Shown: one piece after another, positions 25,005 to 32,000 of the stretch
Layout: each line of letters begins with the position of its first letter
Numbering within the stretch: the first letter of the stretch is position 1
NCBI RefSeq assembly: GCF_001564455.1
Contig: NZ_CP011391.1
Location: 2,070,001-2,102,000, forward strand
DNA from: Faecalibaculum rodentium
GTDB taxonomy: Bacteria > Bacillota_I > Bacilli_A > Erysipelotrichales > Erysipelotrichaceae
DNA length: 32,000 bases
Direction: 5' to 3'
Notes under the pieces: model-generated
Seen by the model: the letters and a program-made list of their open reading frames with translations, nothing else
Told to the model about the DNA's origin: nothing
Databases searched by the model: none
Program-made: the position numbers and the translations under genes

Positions 25005-25784
25005 TCAGAAGCTCCCTTCATACTTTTTTCCGAAGAATTTCGCTTTCAGAAACGCTGTCCCCTTCTTCACCCAGGGAACCGGTTCCATGGAAATCACAGG
25101 GACTTCTCTGTAAGTCAGGTGATTGGTGCTGATCCAGACGTCTAGGAGCAGTTCAGAAATTCGTCCAAACAGCCTGGCCTGAAACGCATCATACCGCCGG
25201 TAATCTACTTCCTTCTGTAGCTGTTTTAATACCCCGAATAGAAATGTGCAGTACTTGTCTGCAAGCTCCTTTTTCATGATGAACATATTGAACATATGAC
25301 TGGATGTGGATTTCAAATGCCGGTCAAAAGCCGGTAGATACTCGGGATACTTTCTGGCGATAATATCTCGGGTTTTATCCAGATCTTCTTTGTAGTGGGT
25401 ATGAGCGTAATGATCCCCGACAGATTCTATATAATAGTGCCTCTTTTTGGGCAGGATGATATCCGTGTTCTCCAGCAGCTTTTCCACCTCTTTGGTGGTC
25501 AGGACCGAGTCAAAAGGTGTTTCTCCCTTGTGCTTACCCTTGAAATGACGTCGGTAATGAGCCAGGCCGATGTAGTCGGTCACCAGGTTCTTCCAGCCCC
25601 AGTACAACCCTGTCAATTCGCAATAGTAGGGATTCAGACTCGATATATTGTCCCCATCGTCATCCCGCTGATAGCCAATAGAGGTTTTGCCGGCTGCACC
25701 AACCTGAACAGGTAGATACATAGAATCACTGGGGATGGTATAGGGCTTGTGTGCGGCAGTAATAATTTTGATCAAAAAAATCAC
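25005..25784 (-). CDS. DUF4422-family glycosyltransferase, second paralog
   Basis: ITAAHKPY...YLPVQVGA...RDDDGDNISSLNPYYCELTGLYWGWKN...LAHYRRHF. GTG start with a GTGA overlap with wzx; an alternative TTG lies 9 nt downstream. GC is lower than in the first paralog. Confidence 0.8.
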   Translation of the reverse strand: MIFLIKIITAAHKPYTIPSDSMYLPVQVGAAGKTSIGYQRDDDGDNISSLNPYYCELTGLYWGWKNLVTDYIGLAHYRRHFKGKHKGETPFDSVLTTKEVEKLLENTDIILPKKRHYYIESVGDHYAHTHYKEDLDKTRDIIARKYPEYLPAFDRHLKSTSSHMFNMFIMKKELADKYCTFLFGVLKQLQKEVDYRRYDAFQARLFGRISELLLDVWISTNHLTYREVPVISMEPVPWVKKGTAFLKAKFFGKKYEGSF

Positions 25785-27235
25785 CTCGGTTTCTCACATG
25801 TTTTTAATAATTTATTCACAACGCTCATGACAATAGACTCTCGGCAGATCAGCAGTGTCAGCACGCAAGTTCCAAAAAACAACAAGGCGCTGACAGCCAG
25901 CTGCCAGAACAGGCTGGAAAGCTGCAATCCTCTCAATCCCCATAATACGAGACTGCCAGCGAAAATCATCAGGATGAGCTCTTTGAACTCGATGGTCTGA
26001 ATGATGGATGTCAGCAGTTTACGTAGATACCAGAACTGAAGCAGTGTGACAGCAAACTCCGCACAAAGTGTACCGATGGCTGCGCCAGAAGCTCCGAGAG
26101 ATGGTATGAGCAGCAGGTTAAGCAGAAAGTCTACTACTGCTCCGAATATTACAGAGCGAAGTACCAGTATTTCCTTCCCGGTGGGGACTAGAACCTGAAT
26201 CCCGGTAATGTTGGAGAGACCGATAAAGACAATGGTGGGCATGAGAATGATCATCGGTGCCACTGCAGGCAGATAGCCCGGTCCTGATAAAAACTCCACC
26301 ACCGGTCTGGCATAGACAGAAAAGTAAATGCAGCAAGGGATGGAAAACAGTAGTACAAAGGAGAAGGCCTTTGATACCAGTGACAGGAATTCTTTCTCTT
26401 TTCCCTGCTCATAATAATAGGAGAGTCTGGGCAGTAGTACAGTCCCCAGCGAGGTCACCAGTGTGACCAGAATGGTCTTGATCTTGATGGCTGCGTTGTA
26501 GTATCCCACCACTTCGTTATCCTTTATGACTCCCAGCATCACCGTATCAAGGTTTGTATAGACGGTGGTTGCAACAGACATGAAAAAGAAGGTGAAGATG
26601 GGATACAAGTGCCGTCGAAAATTCCAGGGTCTGCAGGGATGTAGATTAACCAGTTTCCGCAAGCGAATGAAGTTGAACACAGCTGATCCAAAGGAAGATA
26701 TAACTGTGACCAATCCGTACCAGAGTACATCCCCGGAATTACGGACAAGCAGAAACATGAGAGCCAGCCCCAGGGCCTTGAAGAGTACTGATACAAATGT
26801 GATGTAGGAATACTCTTCCAAGGCCTGGTATACCCAGTTCACGCCGATAACATTCAATAAAATAGCCGCTGAACAGATGGTGTAGAGGGTGGATTCTTCC
26901 CTGAATGTCGGTACGAACCACAAGAGGAGAAAGAATGCTGTATAGGAAATGAGCGCCATGATCAGGTTAATAATCAGCAGTTCCTGAACCGTTTTAGATA
27001 ATTTTTCTTTATTATCCCGGACCTGGGCACATGCCCGGATCCCGTATGATGGTACTCCTAACATTGCAACCATGGTAAAGTAGGAAATCAATGAGGTGCC
27101 CATCGCTACTGCCCCCGTACCGTTGGGTCCTAAAATCCGCGAAACGTAAGGGAAAGTTATAAGTGGGAATAAGACCGAAGAAGCAGTTAAAAAAAAGTTC
27201 ATAAAGAAGTTCAATGCTATTGATTTATTTTTCAT
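25781..27235 (-). CDS. Oligosaccharide flippase (Wzx, MOP superfamily)
   Basis: 484 aa with about 12-14 TM segments and an N-terminus typical of polysaccharide biosynthesis protein family flippases (FFMNFFLTASSVLFPLITFPYVSRILGPNGTG). Confidence 0.8.
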   Translation of the reverse strand: MKNKSIALNFFMNFFLTASSVLFPLITFPYVSRILGPNGTGAVAMGTSLISYFTMVAMLGVPSYGIRACAQVRDNKEKLSKTVQELLIINLIMALISYTAFFLLLWFVPTFREESTLYTICSAAILLNVIGVNWVYQALEEYSYITFVSVLFKALGLALMFLLVRNSGDVLWYGLVTVISSFGSAVFNFIRLRKLVNLHPCRPWNFRRHLYPIFTFFFMSVATTVYTNLDTVMLGVIKDNEVVGYYNAAIKIKTILVTLVTSLGTVLLPRLSYYYEQGKEKEFLSLVSKAFSFVLLFSIPCCIYFSVYARPVVEFLSGPGYLPAVAPMIILMPTIVFIGLSNITGIQVLVPTGKEILVLRSVIFGAVVDFLLNLLLIPSLGASGAAIGTLCAEFAVTLLQFWYLRKLLTSIIQTIEFKELILMIFAGSLVLWGLRGLQLSSLFWQLAVSALLFFGTCVLTLLICRESIVMSVVNKLLKTCEKPR

Positions 27236-27248
27236 AATAATTTATATA

Positions 27249-28344
27249 CTAAGGCACTAAAGGCTTGAATATCCGGATTTTTCTTAGTAGATTGATTAAT
27301 AAGATAGAAATAAAAATAATTAACCAAGGACCAATGAGTCGCCACCAAATTGACGTTTGACTGATGTCCATGAAATGCAATAAACCTAGAAGAACTAGCT
27401 GATGAAGTAAATAGATACCAAAAGTATATGGCCTGAACCATTCAGAAAATCTAATAATTGCTAATTGAATTCTATTTTTTCTATTTTGGCACTTGTTATA
27501 GATCTGTCGAATCAGTATAAAAACAGCAATAGACTGAAGATAGCAAGGGAGATTGTAATAGCCTTTGAAAGTCTCTACAATGTGATTCGCATTTATTGAT
27601 AAGTAGTAAGTTGGAATTAGTTGCATAATAAACCCTATTGTACCCAATATATAAAGTACAATTCTTGTTCTTTTTCTTATGCTGTAATTACCAATTAAAT
27701 ATCCTATTATAAAATATAGATAATAGTTTGCAGATACAGGCATCAACTGAGATACAGAGATTTCAGAAAAAATGTATTACAAATAAATACAGCTACAACA
27801 TTCAGCAAGAATCCCAAAACTGCAAGATATTCAAAAACATGCTTCCTGGATGCATTGGATATATTGGAGAATAACGGAACTGTTATGCAGATAGTAAAAT
27901 AAGGAATGAAAAACCAATATACACTCACTAAGTTTCCATTAATTAGACCATCAATTATTACAGGGAAAGTAATTTCTAAGAGAGGAAACCATTCTAATAC
28001 TATACTTTGATAATAAACGCCTAATACACTCCAAAAAAAATAAGGAATTAATACTTTCATTGCCCGATTCCTCAAGAATCTCTTTGTTCCATTCCTTTCT
28101 ATACTTGGAATCAAAGTTATACCGGAAATCATAAAAAAATTGGAACAGCCCAATAGAGAACTGTTTCAATTATATTTGCTGTCATCCAATATCGAGCTTT
28201 CGGATCAAAATCCCAGAAGCATGTATTCACATGCAGATATACAACAGCTATAGCAGCTGCTACACTTAAAAAATCCACAGTCTTATCAAAATTTGTGAGG
28301 TGTTGGTTCAGCATCTTATCCTTATAATATTCCATAAAAATCAC
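27249..28344 (-). pseudogene. Acyltransferase family 3 (O-acetyltransferase-type) gene split into three ORFs by two -1 frameshifts in homopolymer tracts
   Basis: ORF 28129..28344 ends ...YWAVPIFL* and the next frame reads FFMISGITL. Together these restore the family motif AVPIFFMISG if the A7 tract (28133-28139, T7 on the coding strand) were 8 long. The second break is restored if the A6 tract (27767-27772) were 7 long, giving ...CNTFFSEISVSQLMPVSANYY... The restored length of about 365 aa is typical for the family. Confidence 0.75.
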
Positions 28345-28373
28345 TCTTATCTTTTGACAATTGCGGTATCAAG

Positions 28374-29870
28374 TCACCGCAAGAAATTATCTATGTAGTA
28401 ATTGCTAGGAGAATACAACATGGTGTCCAGTTTTTCCAAACCATACTGTTCAACTAGGGAGTCCTCGGTTTTAAATAGATCCGTTCCCAATCCTAATCTC
28501 TCCGAATCATACTGAACTCCCAAGGCACTCAAAGTCGTTGGAAACATATCCAAAGCGATAAACTCTCTTGAATCGCTTCTCTGAGGTATGGTCGCCGAAT
28601 TAAGAATAGTATAATAAATCGATCTTTTAAAGTCTGAGTCAATTTTTTTTGACCATTCGTCATCCATTGTCAAATGATCACCAACGAGAATAATTGTTGT
28701 ATTAGGATACCACTCTTGAGTCTCACACCATTTCACAAACGAATAGACTCGTTTATCAGAACAGCGGATTACATTGGAATATTGGCTGTCTTCAGTCTGC
28801 TCGCAATCCGGACACAAATATCCATCATAAAAATGAGTATCTGCGGTCAAAATTGTCAGGTTGAATGGTTGCTTATTTTTTAAATCAGACAAGATGTTTT
28901 TGGCATAATCAAACAGCTTTTTATCCTCAAAGCCCCAGTTTTCCCAATACTCTTGTGAAATCAGGCCGTGATTCTTTGCCCAATACACATCTTTGATATC
29001 GTAGTCCCCATGACTTTTGAAGTAGGTGCTTCGGCTGGAATAATTTGCATCGGATCCAAGCAGGAACATATTAGTATATCCGTTGTCTTCCAGAATATTC
29101 CCTAACGCATAGGCGCCAGGAATCACAGTAGCATTTGGATCAAAGTCATCCTGTGCTCTGAAACTCTTGATATTGATCCCTGCAGTCTGTGCTACAAGAG
29201 ATCCCATTGTCCATCCCATGGCTCCCGAAGCCATGAACGAGGATCCTGCTCCAAAGTTTATCCCTTCTTTTCTCAGACGAGATAGATTAGGTATCAAACT
29301 TTTTTCAAAATCCCCTCCATTATTGATGTCATCATAAGTCTGCTCCATCGATTCCATATATATATAGATCAAATTCCGCTTCTGCTCTGGAAATGAAAAA
29401 TGAACAGTTTTAGGATCAACATAATAATCCTGGTAAATTGTACCTGACCCCTGTTGTGCAGTCAGATAAGGACCTATTTTTGAAGCTTTGAATAAGTAGA
29501 ATGAAGATAACGAGAAACAAAGCACAACGATAATCGTTGAGATTAATATTTTCTTATTATTCTGAGTTGTGAATACTGTTTTATACAAACCCCAAAATAA
29601 TAGAACTGTACTTATTATCGGTAAAACCACACACCAGAAAATGCCCTTCATCACTATTTTTTTGTCAGCATTCCCTAATGGCTGAGCAAGATTAAATAGT
29701 ATTTGTTCAAACGATACGTTGGCAAAATTAGATTGCAGATAAAACCCACTAAAGAAAAAAAGGCAAGTCAATAGAATTAAAATAACAGAAATTATAATAA
29801 CGACATATCTTTTCCATTTGTTTTGTCTCATAATTTCCACTATACAACCTGATTTCCAGAATATATCCAA
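28374..29870 (-). CDS. Alkaline-phosphatase-superfamily transferase (LtaS / OpgB phosphoglycerol-transferase-like)
   Basis: N-terminal TM block followed by a sulfatase-type domain: NLIYIYMESMEQ (metal ligand region), GAMGWTMGSLVAQTAG (nucleophile Thr region, OpgB-like), FLLGSDANYS and ILVGDHL. About 30-33% GC in sampled lines. The start may be Met14 (29831). Confidence 0.75.
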   Translation of the reverse strand: MDIFWKSGCIVEIMRQNKWKRYVVIIISVILILLTCLFFFSGFYLQSNFANVSFEQILFNLAQPLGNADKKIVMKGIFWCVVLPIISTVLLFWGLYKTVFTTQNNKKILISTIIVVLCFSLSSFYLFKASKIGPYLTAQQGSGTIYQDYYVDPKTVHFSFPEQKRNLIYIYMESMEQTYDDINNGGDFEKSLIPNLSRLRKEGINFGAGSSFMASGAMGWTMGSLVAQTAGINIKSFRAQDDFDPNATVIPGAYALGNILEDNGYTNMFLLGSDANYSSRSTYFKSHGDYDIKDVYWAKNHGLISQEYWENWGFEDKKLFDYAKNILSDLKNKQPFNLTILTADTHFYDGYLCPDCEQTEDSQYSNVIRCSDKRVYSFVKWCETQEWYPNTTIILVGDHLTMDDEWSKKIDSDFKRSIYYTILNSATIPQRSDSREFIALDMFPTTLSALGVQYDSERLGLGTDLFKTEDSLVEQYGLEKLDTMLYSPSNYYIDNFLR

Positions 29871-30187
29871 AAAGTGACTTCTTATTTTTTACTGTTTCTT
29901 TTAACTCGTAGAATATCATTGTTTTTATAATTTCATTTATTAAAATCGTTATATGTTAGATATAGTTACAAAGTTATATCAGTCAGGTCTAAGAGAAGGA
30001 AAAAGAGAATCGAAACAAGTGAAGGAAATATCTTAAATAGAACTGACTATTCCGATAACCTTTAGAATATTTATATTTAACAATATTATCATTAATGCAC
30101 TGATTAAAGTGTTATTTTATACTGTCAGACCGCTTATTTGATATAGAGCGAAATTTGCAATTTTTCAGTCTTTCACACTATCTCAGT

Positions 30188-32000
30188 TCACCAACTCTCC
30201 ACCACCATCTCCAGCAGCTCCGCAGCTGCCACTTTATCCTTCACCCGAATCAGATGGTTCCAGGCATCCTCCGGACCTAACAGGTTGATGCCGCCATCCC
30301 ACACCAGTTCCCTGTCGATCACCGCAAACGGATCAACCGGATCATCCAGCTCCCGGACGGAAAAACCTGCTTCTTTCAACCGGCGGATCGCTGCATCCTT
30401 GGTCCCTTCCCAGCCATCATCGGCAGTAGTGAAAATGACAACGTCCACTTCATTCCTGCCTTCCATAGCCTGAAGCACTTTCTCTGCCCTGGAAAGAGTG
30501 ATGGCAGGACTGGAAATTACGACTTCCTTTCTGGACTCCCGGAGATCCTGGAGGAAGGCATCCAGATAGTTGTCCAGGTCGAATATCGCATTGACGGTCT
30601 GGGATACCGCAGGATCTGTTGTCTGCAGCTGCCAGGCCGCCTTTTTGTATGTCTTCAGACGCTTTCGATACATCCCCTGGAATACCGGAATCCGCCGGTC
30701 AATGTAGTCATATACCTGCACTGTCTTCTTTCCGGGGTAGTCCCTGTTCAGCCGGCCGAGGAACTGCAGAAGCAGCCCTTCAAAGGCAATGGGTGATACA
30801 AGAAACAGGGTATCGAGCCGGGGATAGCTGAATCCTTCTCCGATTTTCTGGCCTGTGGCAATGATGAGAACTGATTCGTTGTCCGGAACTCTCTTCAGCT
30901 GACTCAGCTGTTCCCTGTTCTCTTTCTCAGAGTTGTCTCCATAAACCAGGAACAGATGATCTGCACTTCCTTCCAGGTGTCTGGCCAGCGTGGCTGCATG
31001 TGATTTCAGCCTTACGAATATGGCACAGGTATGACCTTCTGCAAGGGCCTGACGGACATCACCTGCAATCAGTTCGTTTCTCACAGGATCCTGTGCAATG
31101 TATTCATACAGCTCGTAGATGGCTGGCTTTTCTTCCCGCAGGCAGAGGCTGCGGGTAAACCGCGGGATAAGGAGCCTCTGCAGGTTCTGGCTCTTCGCCT
31201 TATCCATGGCACTGTAGGTGTGCCGAATATCGCCAATGAACATGGTGATAAGAGGATCCAGCTTGTCCGCCCGTTTCGGTGTGGCTGTCATGCCGTAGAG
31301 ATACGCAGGAGAAATCCGGTCCAGGATCTTTCGAAAGGTCGGAGATGCTGCATGGTGGCATTCATCCACGATGACCATTCCATAGCGGTCAGGAATGGAA
31401 TCCATGTTTCCCAGTGTCTGTGCCATGGCGATATCCACAAGGCCTGTCATGGTGTTTTTGGATCCCTTCAGGACACCGATGTGGCTTTTTCGCCTTCTGG
31501 TTTTCCCAGCCTTTGTCCGATACTCCGGAAGGGGTTCATCAAATTTCAAAAACTCCTCCAGCTCTTGCTGCCACTGTTCCAGAAGTGCGGTCTTTTCAAT
31601 GAGAATCAGCGTATTGACCTTCCTGTGCGCTATCAGGCTGGCTGCCACAACGGTTTTTCCGAAGGAAGTGGCGGCAGAGAGAATTCCATAGTCGTATTTC
31701 AGCAGTTCTTCCTGCGCTGCCTGCTGTTCCTGTCGGAGCGAACCCTGGAATTCAACGCGAAGCCATGCTCCCTTTTGCCGTTTGTCTCTGATCCGATAGT
31801 CGATGCGGCTGCTTTCCAGCCGGTGTTTCAGCGTATCCCGTATTCCACGGGGCAGCCGGATATAGCCGTCCACATCGCTGCCGATATACAGGATGCGGGG
31901 TGTGTTCCAGTTGGAATATCCAAAGCGTGTGTTCTCATACCAGGCGGGATTTGCCATGGCTGCCAGATTCCGAATCTGATTCTGCAGTCTGGGATGGAGT
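30188..32000 (-). CDS. SF2 helicase (DEAD/DEAH, ResIII-like), 5' end outside the window; degenerate PLD-like C-terminal domain
   Basis: Motif I AATSFGKT, motif II VDECHH, motif III GMTATP and motif VI QFLGRLNR. The frame stays open upstream of the Met at 31957 to the window edge (...LHPRLQNQIRNLAAMANP...). The last 114 aa (30188-30532) follow a PLD-like pattern without the HxK dyad. Confidence 0.8.
   Translation of the reverse strand, partial: LHPRLQNQIRNLAAMANPAWYENTRFGYSNWNTPRILYIGSDVDGYIRLPRGIRDTLKHRLESSRIDYRIRDKRQKGAWLRVEFQGSLRQEQQAAQEELLKYDYGILSAATSFGKTVVAASLIAHRKVNTLILIEKTALLEQWQQELEEFLKFDEPLPEYRTKAGKTRRRKSHIGVLKGSKNTMTGLVDIAMAQTLGNMDSIPDRYGMVIVDECHHAASPTFRKILDRISPAYLYGMTATPKRADKLDPLITMFIGDIRHTYSAMDKAKSQNLQRLLIPRFTRSLCLREEKPAIYELYEYIAQDPVRNELIAGDVRQALAEGHTCAIFVRLKSHAATLARHLEGSADHLFLVYGDNSEKENREQLSQLKRVPDNESVLIIATGQKIGEGFSYPRLDTLFLVSPIAFEGLLLQFLGRLNRDYPGKKTVQVYDYIDRRIPVFQGMYRKRLKTYKKAAWQLQTTDPAVSQTVNAIFDLDNYLDAFLQDLRESRKEVVISSPAITLSRAEKVLQAMEGRNEVDVVIFTTADDGWEGTKDAAIRRLKEAGFSVRELDDPVDPFAVIDRELVWDGGINLLGPEDAWNHLIRVKDKVAAAELLEMVVESW

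Noticed and set aside
27249-28344. Three independent small membrane-protein genes
   Set aside because: The three ORFs are consecutive pieces of one acyltransferase-3 family sequence. The family motif AVPIFFMISG is split exactly at the first junction, and both junctions coincide with homopolymer tracts.

Overview
This looks like a chromosomal window from a fairly high-GC Firmicute. The evidence is Shine-Dalgarno-type RBSs, a T-box leader, lipobox lipoproteins and a YacP-type domain. No rRNA, tRNA, CRISPR array, transposase or integrase was recognised.

Left third (1-9.6 kb):
- the 3' end of a BY-type tyrosine kinase
- a PepSY lipoprotein
- a divergent PD-(D/E)XK/Rpn-like hypothetical protein
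- a minus-strand leuA-leuC-leuD-leuB operon, driven by a near-consensus sigma-A promoter and a T-box leader
- a YigZ/IMPACT-family gene, a small membrane protein and an Eis-like GNAT

Middle (9.6-16.3 kb):
- A lower-GC AAA ATPase (AAA_14/DUF4143-like, with a C-terminal D...EIK nuclease motif).
- A 6.6-copy 23-bp tandem repeat array directly upstream of that ATPase.
- The most unusual gene in the window: one 822-codon ORF fusing a complete TetM/EF-G-like translational GTPase to a YacP/Rae1-type NYN ribonuclease domain.
- A lipoprotein and a hotdog thioesterase.
- A roughly 680-bp non-coding stretch with repeats, a 15-codon sORF and two terminators.

Right half (16.3-29.9 kb): a minus-strand cell-surface polysaccharide locus. 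In transcription order it carries:
- an OpgB/LtaS-like transferase
- a twice-frameshifted acyltransferase
- Wzx
- DUF4422
- Wzy
- GT2
- GT1
- a second DUF4422
- an LCP protein with a DPGY-repeat tail
- glf
- the priming phosphotransferase

GC content steps through the locus from about 60% to about 45% to about 30%. Both acyltransferase frameshifts sit in homopolymer tracts. The window ends inside an SF2 helicase gene whose C-terminus looks like a degenerate PLD domain.

All calls rest on reading the translations and sequence by eye. No database searches were run.
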